Source of the DNA: Ophelia neglecta
Lineage: Eukaryota
Assembly: GCA_965285935.1 (NCBI GenBank)
Contig: OZ260662.1
Coordinates: 41,168,001 to 41,232,000 of the forward strand
Direction of reading: 5' to 3'
Length of the DNA stretch: 64,000 nucleotides
Shown here: positions 26,401 to 41,500 of the stretch, one piece after another
How positions within the stretch are numbered: position 1 is the stretch's first letter
Layout: every line of letters begins with the position of its first letter
Position numbers and translations under genes: made by a program
Notes under the pieces: model-generated
The model's input: only the letters and a program-made list of their open reading frames with translations
Told to the model about the DNA's origin: nothing
Database searches by the model: none

Positions 26401-29400
26401 GGCCAGCCCTAGTACAGAAATACATGATCATCTGAGTTAATCTAATTTGTTGTTTCAGTGGCTTTTGATTGCGGAGTCTCAGTGAGGGCCCACTCTCTCA
26501 CTGCGGTGCAACTGTCACAATATTAACCCCGGCTAACATGACTACACGCATAAATTGTCCTGCCACATGCATTCAACGCCTTCACTGAGACCATAATATT
26601 ATTCCTGTCGATTGGATAATAAAATTGTGTATTAACATTTACTCAGGCTCATCGATAATCCGATCTTTCGCACAAGCAGCTGTGTAAACGATCACCACAA
26701 AAAGCCGGCCAGATGGCTGCTTCGGAATGGCTTTCTCTACCACAGGCATTGTCAATGCATGCGTTCTGCAATCAATGGTTCTGTTCATCACGAGCCGAAA
26801 GCTAGAGTTTGGATTTGGGAGCATGCAGGGAGAAAGAAACTTGGTGACAACGATTTCTAAGACATCCGCCAATATCTAGGCTTGGCATGAGACAGTAAGT
26901 AGATCGGAGGTGATTATTGCCTCTCAAGACGAGAGGAGGCCAGCCGTGTTACATTCATCTATTTTTTCAATTGAACGATTCCCCACCAGGGATGCCACCT
27001 TTCTTCCAATCTACTGTAGCAGGCCGAAAACGTGCGAAAATTGGGCAAAATCAAATCTGTCGTAGCTGGTGAAAATCTAATTATATATGGACAGAGAATA
27101 ATTCAGTTAGAAGAATCTAACCCGTACAAACCTTGTTGACAGTTTCATCCAATCACCATCTGGAGAAGTAATGGTCGCCCGCAGAATGACTTAATGATAA
27201 ACTGCTGAACCGTTCACTGCTAATGAATGAGAAGCTTTGTTTGATTAAAGGTCTCGTCCTCTACTGTCTTCAGTCTATCTATGAGTCAGACCGGTTGCGC
27301 TCTTTGCTTTTCTTCGATCTGTGCGATTCAGTTCGGGATGCAAATGAGCTATGGCATGATCGGAGCAACAAATTTCTTATATCTTATTATTTACGCATGT
27401 TTGATAGACTAAATGCCCGTCCTTGAAACGTACGCTTGCTGCTTGTGATCCGCCTCCGCCTCTTGACCGTTTAGCATTTCTTTTACTCGGCATGGACGGT
27501 AACAATCTTCCCGTCAGATTGTGACGGGAATTACTAAATTGTGCGGGTCTGTTCGCTTTGTGACTGAACGCGATTAGAGAGGACTGTCCGACGAACGTGA
27601 AGTGTATTAGCATACTATCTTCTGAAACGCAGACGAGGCAAGCGTTCAAATAAAGTATAATTATGCTTAGCTGCACACTTCCGGTGACCTACTTGAAATT
27701 AATTAGGCTAGTCGGCATGACGAGTCATGGCACTAGAACTCTATCGCCATCCATAGGCGACATTCAATTTTGTCGAATGTTTTCAAGTAGGCCTAATTAT
27801 ACAGTTTGGGGTGATTTCACGGATTGATTGTGCATGATGTGTCTACTTACCGAGAGCCACATTCTATGTGAATCTAGCGATAATGCTGCCAGTCTAGTAG
27901 TTAATAACGGCGCAAGGAGGTCTGGTTTCCAGTTATACTCAAAACAATTATCAAGTCTAAAAGCTTGTGTGATAATAATAGGGTACATGTTGTCGGTTCT
28001 GCAACTGACTTTAAAGCAAAAATTAACCCCGAAACCAAAAGGAAGGTGTGAGCTGTGTAATATTTCTGTTTTCCACATGGCTCGTGAGGTCGACCTCGGG
28101 TCAAGAAGATGGCCCATATCTCGCCATGAGAGTAGGGGTCATGTCACGTAATCCCCCAGGTTTATACAACTGCTGCCCTTAAACGGTAAAAAGGCCAAAA
28201 AGTACATGAAGGAAAGAAGTATCGCCGTTAAAAAAAAAGAAATACAGTTGAAGCCTAAATTAATTTTGATTCATGCAAGAAACGGTGCTTCGCTCAACTG
28301 ACAATTTTCACAGCGAAATAGACTTTCGCTCCCATGCGGGCCTGGCGGGGAGGCTTATCCCACATTCACTTACCAATATAGGCAGATATGTCCAGTCAAC
28401 ATATATCAACGTTATCAATGTTAACAAATAAATCAATTTGCCTATCAGCCCGTTTTAAAGTAGACAATATTGACTCTCCGTAGGCCTACTATTATTTGAT
28501 ACAGGTCAACATAAAATTAAGTCTATAGACTAACAGTATATATTGTGTATTATCGCCTACAGACAAGCCCACGTACATGATCAGTGCATTTTCGCTAACC
28601 ATGAGCTCATGGCATTACAGAGTTCCTGATTTGATATGTTATTTTTCCTTTTTTGTCCACTAATTAACTTGTTTATGTAGGAGAGACTCGTCTTTATAGG
28701 GTGTCCATTTATTATCACTGTTTATTATAAAGCACCGGGTTGGATACTCCAGGGATTCTAATTTGTCGCTATATGAATAAAGTATCTTATATATTACAGG
28801 CATCAATTATATACCCCTTTATGTATGAATATAATGTGTAAGTGAAAAAAGACCAACTTGGAATGAAATGCATAATAAAGCACAATAGAAGACCGAAAAC
28901 TGAACAAGACAGAGGTTCGAATTAAATTGCTAAAGGAAGCAAAAGTAGTCGACTAGCATGACAAAAGGTCCGCGAGCTCCGTTAGTGCTCTGTTAATTGT
29001 CTGAAATTTATCACTCTCCCTCCCTCTGTGTCAAAGAAGTGAATAGGATATCGCAATAAGCCACTCATCGTAGTGGCTTTCTCTGACCTAAATGGCTTGC
29101 TAACAAATAACTGGACGCATAAAGATAGGCATGGAACAGCCTTTATGCCCTAAGCCACACATCCGAAGGGATTGGGACTGGGAAATAAAAGATGACCCTC
29201 AGTGACTCAATATATGCCCCACGATAGATGCCGCTTGGTGATTTTCCCGATGCCGTTGGTACCATTTCGTGTTACTGAGCTCATGAATATCTTTGATAAG
29301 TTCTAGGCACGAAAATTCAAACTCTCCTGATCGGGGACAGCACGAAACAAATTGGTCGTTTATGTAGATTATGAAGTGGGACGAAGTGCCTTTTCTGAGA

Positions 29401-29641
29401 AAAGGAAACATATATTTAAGGCTGGCCTTGAAGAAAACAGATTGGCTAGGCCTTTATCTGATTGTTTTATATTAACTTGCTGTCGCATATTGATAAAAAG
29501 TTGCAAGTTCAGCGTTTCTAAAACCTGTTACCGAACGGCAATGATAATATATCCCTGTGTGCTCAAACTGACTTACGGCATCAGAAAGAGATCAGAGAAG
29601 CTACTGCTAATTGGAATCCAATCATGTGAATATGCACTCAC

Positions 29642-30200
29642 CAGCGTGTTTGGTCTTTTACTTTTCTACAGGACGTAGACATGTTGGCGTCGAGGAGGGG
29701 TCCCGGCGGTCGAGAGTCCTGAGGGAGGAGGCCCCAAAACACGGTCCAAACAGCCTGCGGTTAAAGTGGACATCCTCAGTCGCCAATAATCCAATATTGG
29801 AATCCTTAGGCCGATTTGAACAAGATGGCGAGGCTTGTCTATGTACACCAGCTGTGACAGAGGCGAGTTCACATTGAGATCTCTGGCGCGAGCGGACGCC
29901 AAGTTATTATATTGAATGTTGATTTTTGATCGCTGGCCTCTTCCACTCGGAGGTCTGTCTAACTTTGCCGAGCGCGGATTATACAACCAGCGGTCAAAGA
30001 ATTCCTCTCGGATGGCCCGCAGTTCTCATCCACTGCTGCTGAATCTGTGCCAAGCAACCTGCGAGGATAGCAACTGCCAAGGGCCTTTCTCCCATCTGTG
30101 GGTTTCGGCGCCACGCCTGCTATTTCAAACGCTATCTTTTAAGGTCGCCGTCCGAGGATGGATTTTGTACTAACTGATATAGGAGATACGGATGCCGTGG
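29642..30200 (-). other. Candidate non-coding 5' exon of gene A
   Basis: GC/CpG-richer block ending at a consensus minus-strand donor CTG|GTGAGT (29642/29641). Other donors lie near 29577 and 30360. The upstream boundary is a guess. Confidence 0.3.
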
Positions 30201-31857
30201 ATTTGTAATCGAATCGCGATCATATCTTCATATTTTTGGTGATCACATAAACGGATATAAGCTTTTGCTTTGAATGATGTTTCTGGGTTGTCAGACAATT
30301 TTCGCGTTGTTCATCTGATATAACATGAGCTTTCTGCGACAGGAAAATGTAAGACTTACCCATACCGGATTATACGGAAAATGTTCTAGCGGACTGGAGA
30401 TGCATTCGGATGAGGCCATGTCATTAACCGCCGAGTTAACTTCGAGCGGTATGATTGATGCTCGCTACATGTTTTATTAAATATGGCTGCTACCCTGTAA
30501 AGGCTGGATGAAAGCCATACCAGACCTAGGTTACCATATATATACATATGGCAGGAATAAGGACAAACACTCCAGAGAATTTCAAAATATAATACACGCC
30601 TTGGGTGTTTTCTTTGAGCTTGAATTCGCTATTCCGGTGCAATTGATGTGTAATCGATAGCCATACTTTTATGAAGTAGGTGCTTTTGGCATTTTAATTG
30701 ATCAAATTGGAGGGAATAGTCTAAATTGAAGTTATCTCATTATATTTAGTTTCCATATCGGGTTCCTCGCCGGAGCATTTTGTTCCTTATCAATATCTGT
30801 TTCGTAAGTTGCCAATACACAACCTTAAGCCATGTTCTATCAGATGAATTTTCCACCATTCTCTGGTTTCCTAGTATATACTATTGGACATGTTCATGGC
30901 TTGTAGATCGTACCCGTTTCCGATAGTTTTTAACAATTATTAGACACGTAAAGTTATTATATAACCGTATTGGTTAGTAAGAGTCTTACATGCAAAAATA
31001 TTAAAATATAGGTCTTTTAAGACATCTGCTTCAGATTTTTATGGCATATCACACTAAGATGCTCACATCATTATCATGTACATGACTTCTGACTATGATT
31101 AATACTGGTGGAATCATTTGTGTAAATATCGACATCCACTAGTTTTGCATGAAATGTGAATTTTGCCTGTTCTCTGCTAAAAATGTGACTTTATTCCTGC
31201 ATGGAGATGTAGGAGACTGTAGACACTACTAAATGGACTATCACGTAGCGGCCCATTCCTCGTTATGTCAGGTCATTAGGCCCACTTATTTGCAATTAGC
31301 AAGAAACATGCAGCAGTGGTCTTCGCAATTATACAGTATCAGCTTTTTCATTCTAGTATATATATATGGCCGAATGCTCTCTGGTAAAAACAAACTGCTC
31401 GGGGGCACTTTGAATACCAAGCATATATAGGAAAAAGAGACATGGGATTGATTTTCGCTCCATTCAAATTGATCAGTTCCCCAATAGTTTAGGCTTCGTA
31501 CTTTTATGTAAATATAATAAGCAAGGCGAAGGTTTCAATGATAACTCAATAAATCACACTGCAGTGGATGTTGCTATTGATTAGTTGAAAAGTCCCCTGA
31601 TCTACATCTGTATCATCATCAGTCATCTTTGGGCGTTCTGATTCATGCTATTGAGTTTTAGTGGCTGTCAAGATGGTGCTAGTGGGTAAAGTCAGCTCTG
31701 GCTCCAGGGCTCTAAGTTTCTAGGGACAGCGTTGTCTGGCTGCACTCTGCTTCTTGGCATCGTTCCCGCGAGCTTTTTCCAAAGAAGCGGGGATTGCCCT
31801 GTGGTAGTTGCTCTTAATCCCAGCCTGAGGAAAACTAAAGAATTGTTTATTTTTCAG

Positions 31858-32113
31858 GCCCCCACTTGGTGAGAAGCTGGCCGGGAGGTGAAGAGGATTG
31901 TGGTAGTAGAAGAGGCCAGATCTAGTTGACCTATCAGCCTCTGGCGGACGGCAGTGTGCTGATGCCAGGAAGCAGGCACTCCATTCGTTACTGCCCGTCC
32001 CTCCCGAGAGAGAGTTGTACGGTAGGATTCCACCTCTTGTGACTGACTGGCTGCTGCCTGATAGATAGTATAATACAAAGTGCACAAGCCAAAAAATTGT
32101 AGGAAGTCCCCTG
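31858..32113 (+). other. Candidate non-coding 5' UTR exon of gene B
   Basis: Strong acceptor tttatttttcAG ending at 31857 and consensus donor CTG|GTGAGT at 32113/32114. Stops occur in all three frames, and it sits in a GC-richer block just upstream of the ATG. Confidence 0.35.
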
Positions 32114-32373
32114 GTGAGTGCCGGTATGGATATTCTGCCCTTGCGGATGTTTGGGAACGTGAAGTGAGAGCCGTTTGCTCTCCTTGTTTTGCGCACCCGT
32201 TCTGCCTTTTGTTGGTGTTATCGGCAAGGATCGCGAGGCCAGCATTCAATGTAATCAAGCAAAGGAGCTGGAGAAATGTGCTGTGAATGTTGGCTGGAAT
32301 CGTAAGAGAGGAGTGATTTCTCGGCGTCGTTTTCCCATCGAGCAGAAGCTTGAGCGGTAATTCACCATGCAGA

Positions 32374-32583
32374 ATGAGGTCATATTGGCCATTGACAGTT
32401 CAGACAGCATTTTTGGTGGTAGTTTTGCGGGCCACTCTCGTCGAGACAAACCCCTTTGCCAGACGACTCTACGAAGAACTCCTTGGTAAAAGCGGCTATA
32501 ATAACATCATTCGGCCTGTCAGGAATGAATCCCAGAAAATCGTAGTTACAATTGGCCTTAAACTATCTCAGCTAATAGACGTG
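32374..32583 (+). CDS. nAChR gene B coding exon 1
   Basis: [37 protein letters not shown]...LKLSQLIDV|GTgagt. Confidence 0.92.
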
Positions 32584-35500
32584 GTGAGTTGATTATCTAA
32601 TTATTTGTCAAATCTATCGATAATATCGATCTCAAGGGACGATTTGTTCATATATGGTATGCAAGTCATCATTTCTTCGCCCAGCACAGTTAAGACGCAT
32701 TTGACGAGCCATGTCTTGACCATTGACAGCGATATAGTTGCCTTCCAAGCCTTTAACTGGGTTCTCATATCGCATGTATTGCTCAGATTAAGCCATTTGA
32801 CCGCCTTAATGGTATTTTGAATGGTTTATTATGTCCTATTATTCAAATACCCCAGCGAGTTTGATTACTTTGATTCGAGCTATTTGACAGTTTGCATGCG
32901 AGATTATTTCTTGGCAACCAGCACAAATTGGCAACTGAAATCACTCTAAATAGGAATTCGTCCGTTTGCTAGAATTGTTTTTATAGTCGGCCAAAGTAAA
33001 AGGTAGCCTTGTCTATGCACTTGGTATTGTCTTGATTTCATTTCAGTTGTGGGGAACTCCATTAATAAATTTATTTTCTTATTATCCCACTTTCACACTG
33101 TTGGCTTTTTTTTTTAGTTCCGCAAAATTGTATAGGCCTATACTTATAAGGCCAATTTGGTTCTCATTCTACGTATCGCTCGCGTTCAGAGAAAATCAAT
33201 GCAATAATATTCGATCATATTATATTTTTGTATGCGTTATTACTTTATGGAAATCAAAATATATGTAACATGTCTATGTTAGCATTATACTTGTAGACCT
33301 TTATGTGGTAAAAAGCAACAGCTGCGTTCAATGAACCACTAACAGCTCGTGTTAAGCTCAATACAATTTATAAACAGCCGATTTCTTTTTAGCTCAGTAG
33401 GAAATGAACGCTGGCTTGTAGGTTATTTTATCCTTGTAGTAATTCTATCGGCTTGAACTGCACTGTTAGGTGTTGTATATGAAGATCGAATAAATTTTTA
33501 AAAAAATCTAAAATGCGGACTCTGGCACGATGCCCACCGAGAGGTTGCTGGGCTATAAGAGGGGTCATGTCAAATTGCATTCTCAATAATTTGTTCGAAA
33601 TGGGGGTTCCGCCACACAATGAAGCTGTGGGATGGATGCCCCTCCCCTTTCTCCCCCTGCAAAAAAACCAGCCTAGCAGAAGGTATTCATCCAAATTCTC
33701 TTTGCCCAGTCTTAGGTAACATGTGGTTTAAGTATAGTCTGACCCCCGAATTGTAGTAAGTTTTGCGTGTCTGACTCCCCAACTTGTGGTATATATGGCC
33801 AGTTTGATTCCCGCGCTTTTCGACTCGAAATGAGGTGGATAGATTCTAAGAAATAGTTCTCTCGGGTGTTCGTTGTCCGTTCAGTAAATATTGATATGAT
33901 AAGATATAGGCTTATGTATCCTTATAGCCAACTTATAGCGATGTTATGATATTTTGCAGCTTGCACATAAAAAGAAAGGTTGATATTCAATAGGTTTTCG
34001 AAATAATACAAGGATTTCAATTTAGTTTTCTAAATTTTTACAACATACGAACATTTATTGAAAATAATGACATTTAAAACTCACCATCTTGATTTATTGA
34101 TTGCTATTCAATATTTTATGAGACATAACGTATGAAAGCTGAAAGGAAAACAAGTGTGGTGACATTCTAACAGCATAGTTTCAGTGATCTCCTTCGTCGC
34201 TTTAGGACATATTTTGAGAAAAATTGAAAATTAAGTGTGTAGCCTTCAATAGTCGGTCATTTTAGACAGGCTTACTCTATTTGGTACTGTCTGATAATGA
34301 ATTAAGCTATTGGTCTGAAATAAGACGATATAAATAAAAATTACATCGTGCTTGAACTGAGAGAAAGACAAAAAGAGAATCCGGTAGAGGGGACCCAAGG
34401 TACGTTGGGTTCAATGGAGCTAACTTTTTTCTTGTTTTTATATTCTTATAAAAGTTCACGTTACGATTCCCCTAATCAAATAGATGGCAGAAAATGGCAG
34501 AGCAATTATTTATTAGGGGAAATTAAAGTAATACCATGCCAATTAGAACACCCCAAAAGGACTTTTCCATCGAGAATTTCTATAATCTAAGATGACATTC
34601 ATGGACTGGAGATTCGATGCAAGATTACACCCAGTAGGTCCTTAAATGTACTTTTCTAGCCGAAAATCGTTTCCTGCTCACAATGCCAGTGCAGAGGAAC
34701 TCCCTATTATCTAGGTCATTGCCGGAATAGTTTGACCAAAAACTATACACGAAAGCGGCACAGCCTCAAGCATTGTGTGACTTTCACTGGTTGCCACTCC
34801 AAATTATCAATCGAAGCTATATGAAAGCGAGGCTAAGTTCCTTAAAATCGTTGGCTTTGCATGTCTTCGGTAGCTCTGATGTTCAATAAAATGAGCATTT
34901 CCGCTCTGTGGGATAATGCATGGCAACTGCTCCCCTTTGATTGCATAATAATACAATTAGCTTGATTCGCTCCCGCTGCCTTCGACCTTAAGAATGAGTC
35001 TTCCTTTGTACACCAGGACACAGGTGGACACAATACGCCACCAATTTCTTCATTGAAATTCAGTGTAAATCGTTGAAACAAAAAAGACTCAATGAGGTGA
35101 AGGACGACTGACTTCCTTGTTATGCCTGTAATGAATTGTGAAGTGGGCATTTGATATACTGGCTTTGGTCCCACTAGGACAGCTAGTAACTCGTCAGTCA
35201 AGTCATTAGAAGACAGGGCCTTAAATCACTCTTTTAAGACTTGGAAGCACCCATCCGCACGCATTGGTCCACATCACGTGCATAAAGCACCCAATCAACC
35301 GTATTACTTGATATTATTGCCAATTGCGATGGAAATGAAAGTATGGAAAATTGTCAGAATGTGTTACTCTGTTTCTGCGGTCCTTAGATACTGACAAATG
35401 TAACACTTTGACAATGGATTAGTTCAGGCACTTTGGTCCAAACTGTCAAAGTGCCAAAGCCATCCTTTGTATGAATGAATCACAAAAAAATATGGTCTGC

Positions 35501-38500
35501 ATCATCAATGAAAGACATCAAAGAAAGAGTAACATACATCTTGATATATCACTCCAAACTGTTTGGTTATTCCCAATTAGCAATAAGAATTATTTCCTTT
35601 TACAGGATGAAAAAAATCAGATAATGACAACAAATGTTTGGGTATCACAGGTACGTACACCTTAGAGACATTTAATATTAAATACTTTGTGTTGCACGCA
35701 AGTTTTATCTTAATCGTATTATTTTATTGGTGTTAGTATTATCATTATGGTTATTGTTAGTTACTACATATAGGGGGGTATACCGGATAAATTTTTAACC
35801 ATGTTGTGTCCACTAAATAAGTAATGATAAATTTATGAATTGATAAAAAAGGAACATGGAAAAAACATTTTATTAGATTCTGATCGATATAAGACCCTTA
35901 GCTCTGCCTATTACATTAGGAGACGTTCAGTAGATCCACAATGTGTGGGTTCATTGTCAGTAGCGAAGCTTCAATTATGATAACAAATTTCAATTTTGGA
36001 TTGTCTCGGATAATCACGATTTCAGATATCGTGCTTTAGCAGAAAAAAAGAGGTATTTCCTTTTCTGTAAAAATTATAATGATACAACAAATAACAATCA
36101 TCCTCTTTGGAGAGCACAACATTGTAATTACATGGACAAATTTACATCTTTTCATGTATGAAATACAAATGTATCAAGCATTTTTGCCAAGAAGGCTGCA
36201 TGTATTGATACTAATACTGGTAAAATGAAAAACACTGATCACTTCGACAGTCATTCATGGCATGAAGAACCGAAAAACCACCAGCTAGTATTAACTGAAT
36301 TTGTTGAATTATTAATTTAAGAATTAATCCATATATATTAATGTTAAAAGTGTCTCATTGTAATTATATACCAACTATAACAAATACTTGTAAGTATCAA
36401 AAGTGTCTCATTAAAATAACCAGGGATGCCGTCGATATGGTGTCCGCCAAGATCGTGCATTTATTTGATAACGCATCTTTTTGTATCAAGAAAGATTCAT
36501 GATACTTGTCAATTAACAACTCCTTAAAATGGATTTCGATTTGGTAAATTTGTGACCTTGTTAAAACCCAGTCTGAGACCATTTTTCTTTTATTATTGAC
36601 TCTAAGTAATGAACTCGTATTACATTGACTTCCTCCCCCCCCCCCCCCCCCCCAATAAGCAGATCGATATCTTATGTGTCATGAATTAGTTGAGTACGGG
36701 AAGACAATTTTTGTTTGTTTATATCATTCTTGGTAGTTCTGAAATGGATATTCTGAAAAAAGATTTCATTATGTCATCACCCGCCATAATACCATAGATG
36801 ATAAAATATATGATTCTATTAATGCATTGTAAATCATAAAACGTGCACGATAAACAACTTTGTCTGTCCTTGCAGTGGTTTGTGAAAAAAACACCAATTT
36901 ATATGTTTCTTCAACTCATTATAATGCGTGTTTAGATGTCATGTCAGGCAGTAGAAAATTTACTAAATTTAAATTATAAAAGAGCGTAAAGAATACAGGT
37001 CTACTTCAAAATTCATTTGTTGATATGTATCAGTTCCTGTATTCAGCATTTGAATTAGTAGCCGTATTCAATAGTGCACTTGATTAATTGATTGATTGAT
37101 TGAAAATTTATAAGAACAATAATAGGTACAAATCCAGTTACAATTGCAAATCACATATCTCAGTGAACTATTAAATGAATGGCACCATGCTATATAGATG
37201 AATACGTATGTGGTTGGTTTATTGTCACAATCACTTGAAATGTGTACATAACAAGATGGTAGTCGGTTTGAGCAACTGCTGTCAGGTATACTTATAATGG
37301 TACCTAAATAATAAGATATAACTACAAGTATACGATGAAAGTGACAACGGGGAAAACATATGCAGCACACAGCTGATGATTACCCCTTTAAACTTTGAAT
37401 CATTCTTCTTTGTGTGGAAACAGTGCCAACAGTGTGCAGATCTATAAACTATGTATAATATGATATACATTGGTTAACCAAACTATATCAGATCAGTTAA
37501 GATCAGATACCGAGCAACATCCGTTTGACGTGTTTTTTAAAGAAGACAATAAGCAGTGATAGTGAACTGTCGTAAACAAAGATTTATAAGCTAGTACGCC
37601 TCGGTATCGTTATGTAGGCGGCCGTAGTAGTTATCGGAGTAACATGTAACTAGTTGGACTTCCTTGTGCCATTATGATAGATTTCACGATTAAATAAGAA
37701 TGTCTTCAAGGGCGCACGCAGGTAGCCTTGGAAATATTTGTGCATAAATATATTTATAGAAAATTGATGAAGACAGGCAGAATTTTAAAGATAAAACTCG
37801 AAAATAGTACGAGAAGGCTCTCTGCGTGATCACCCTGCAATCATCCGCAAGACTTATTTCCATTATGGCCCTTGAGGCGAGAATGGAATATGACAGCACT
37901 ATGAATAAATAACAGTACATTGACGATATAAAATGCATGGCAATAGTTATCCCCTTTTAAGAAATAGAGGCTGTGACTGACTTTTCTTGCGAGTTTGGCA
38001 TAGAGGTATTTCGCTCAAATCAAGATTATAGAGATACTTTTATTATTGCGTGGTAGGGCATTCAATAGTTTCGCCCGCATACAATGCATGCAAAACTATT
38101 AGGCCATGAATTAGAATGAACTTTGGGAAAATTACAATGAACTGACTAGCTTCAGTACCATGAATGTGTGTGTCACTCACTTTGATAAAATTACATGTAC
38201 GTATCGAGGTGCACATTCGTTAAAAATATAACCAGGTCAATTTCCTAAACAATGACATATCAATATGTGCTTTAGATGGTTAGAATCCGAATAAGATTAT
38301 AAAATGCATGAGTGGCTTTACTTAGGGCGAACATCAAACGGGTTTAAGTGTAGGACGACACAAACGTAGCTTTGGGGTTTTATAAAGTGTTCTCATTGGG
38401 CCAAACATTCATTTCCTAATTGGAAAAACAGCTTATCATGCACAAGGAATTCACGAACAGAGTCTAATTCAATATTTAATCATCTGTCAATGCCATACAA

Positions 38501-41500
38501 ATCTATGTCCCTAACCACAAAGGCTGAATCATCGGCATATTCAAACAAAGTATATCCAACCGCAGCTGTCATGTCATTAGCATGCTTTTAAGATCACAAG
38601 GGCCCAATAATTGAGCCCTGCGGCACTCCACATGTCATTGCCAGGGAATCTGAAAATGTACTTGAATCATCAACCGTTTTGTAGCTAACACTGTAATATT
38701 AAACAAAGGTTCAACACAAAGTCAGCTCCAATAAGGTGTCATTTATCCAGAAGTATTCTATCATTTTACTGTGTGAAATGCTTTCTGTGAGTCTTAAATA
38801 TCACCCCAATCGAAATTATTCTTTACATCATCATCAAGGCTAGTCAGGGCCGTGTCAGTAAAAGTCCCTGCCTAAGACCTGATTTATATCGATCTATGAA
38901 TCATTATCCAACAGGTACTGGTTGAATTCATTGATTGTGTATTCATCATATTCGACATTCGATGAAAAACACTTTCCAAAAACTGGGACAAAATTTATCC
39001 CATTCAACTGATTTCCCTACATTCAAAGAATTTAGTTCTTTCAATGCAAATTCCTCATTTCCTCAAATTCGATTTTATCTTGGCTGAATAATTTGTCAGA
39101 ATAGTAATTGACACAAAACATCTAAAAAAAAACACAAGCCTTTGGGAGGTCACACACATTTTTGACTTTAATGTAACAGAAAAAAGGGTTAAATCCATAA
39201 TTGACTGTCGTTTTCTTCAATTTGATTTTGAATACGCATGGACATGGACTTGGTTACCATGGCCGATGTCAAATCCATATATGTAGTCCAATGTTCATGG
39301 GGGCTAGATTTTCTAATTTACACCGAGCCCGGTCGCTCAGCGGTAAAGCGTTGTAGTACTTCACCATCGATTCATTGAACCGCTCATGTATAAAGTGAAT
39401 TCCTCTCTGATGAAAACCCTAAAGTTCTTCATGGGGCATCAGTTATACATTTGTTACCCAATACTGTAGAGGCTGTTGCGTTAAAATTGACATGAATCAA
39501 ATCAATCTCCAAAAAAATCATCATATTGTACTATGAAATGGTAATGTACTTGCACAGAAAAGGCTGCATGTATACCGGTTATAAGAATCCTTATTATGTC
39601 TACCCAATTCTGTGTAGGTAAATGGAACTATGTAGGGCTATGTTGACTTATAATCACAACATTGTTGTCTCTGAAAAGATTCTTCCTCTACCGTTGAATA
39701 GAATTATTGGGGCAGGATTGGATGACGTATAAAGACCATTGATGTTGATAATATATATATATATATTGTGACCCTAGTATAAAGTCTTGAATAGCTCTCT
39801 AAGTGTTTATATCAGCAAATATTAGAACTTACTGCGAACACATAGTTTTAGCCAATTCCTAGGACTTCGTATGTAAGTAGACAAGTCCATTTAAAACTAA
39901 TTCCACAATTACGTAATTTATTAAAGAAGTTCGAGGATGTAAAAGACGTTTGACCAGTTGAATGGAATGCCAAGTTCTATCCCTTTCATCAGTGTTTCAC
40001 TACTGGGAATCATATAATCAAGGCCTAATTTGGGAGGAAAATTAAGACATCAATTTCATTCAGGTGGTGCCAATACAAGCTCTTAAAGACTGACTGCTGG
40101 TAATTAATACATAGCTTCACGAACACTGCTCTGGGAAGGCGAGTCATTATTTCGAGGTAGTAGGTTTGGAAAAATATCTTTAAATTAGAAATCCTGAGGG
40201 GATATTGCTAGAACGTGAGGGGAATGTACGCCACAAGTATTGGGTGAGCACACCGCATACGTGAGGTTGTCAACACTGAACTGGGTTAATCCGCTGATGC
40301 TTCACAGCGGTGTCAAGTTGCTTTACTATAAGACCCGGGCGTAATGGTCTTATCGATGATTTAGATCATTAGATATCATTTTGACAATGTGGTGCACCTA
40401 GTAGGTACGAGAAATCCATGAAAGACGAAGAAGCTTTTTTGCCAATTAAAAAAAAACTGTTTATGATTACTGTACAGCAAAAAATCCGCGCAGTCGATTT
40501 AACGTGTTACGATAATATAAATTATACTATTTTTTTCGAATATTAAACTACACGAACCAATATATAATTCTGTTAACCAAGAAGCCCGAACACAGACCAG
40601 AGTGAATATTCAACGAGTCGAATATTTTACTAAGCGAACAATCATGTAATGTGTCTCGATCATCATCTTAGTTTGACCGTCAGGCACTCGTTACAGAGTC
40701 AATGATTGTGATATAGGTGTCAAGAGAGCTATGAAGTAGCGAGAAGTGAGCTCAAACTTAGTCCAGTGCTAGCTATATAATTTCGAACCACAGCAATCCG
40801 ATGTCTGATTTCTGCACCTTTTCAGTAAGTTTCTGGCAAATGCGATATTCTTTGCTGGAGGTGTTGCCCAAACGATTTAAACAAGTTCCATGAAAGGCGG
40901 CTATAAATTACATAAATTTGATATCAAGTTTTCCACGAAAAAAATCGAACGATTTTTCACCGCTAAAATGATTCCGGTAAACTGCAGTGCTACCTTCTCG
41001 CCGTCTGATTGGTCGAAAATTAACACGTGTGGCAGAGTCATAAACATGCTTACCCAAGGTTCCAATCGGGTCTCAAGAAAATAAAAGATGATTTGTATAA
41101 ACCTACAAGCGCTCTGAATGCATGCATCTTGGGGCAAAATGGTTTTGGCCAAGCCGGTAGATAAAAGTCAACACTTGTGAAGAATACTTATGTATACTGG
41201 AAGCTAAAATCTGGGTAACTGCTTAATTAATTAATTTTGAACATAGGTGTCCGTTTTGTTATGGCTACAAAATGAAAGGAGCATGGGGACTCATGGGATA
41301 ATCAGTAACAGTATGTAGTTATGTTTGCTAATTTTGAGTGGGTTTGTATAATGTGTTGTGCATATGTTTGAGGATGGCTGGTGGTTTTACTTTATTTTTA
41401 TGTTCCTCTTATGTTTATCATTTACATTCCACTGTAAATCTGTTTTGTGCAATTTTCAGTGCTTTGCGCTAGTTTCCTTCAACAAAAATATTACAATAAG

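Noticed and set aside
31720-32258. 158-aa and 134-aa minus-strand ORFs between the two receptor genes
   Set aside because: Overlapping frames in a GC-richer block with no domain features; better explained as the 5' UTR or promoter of gene B.
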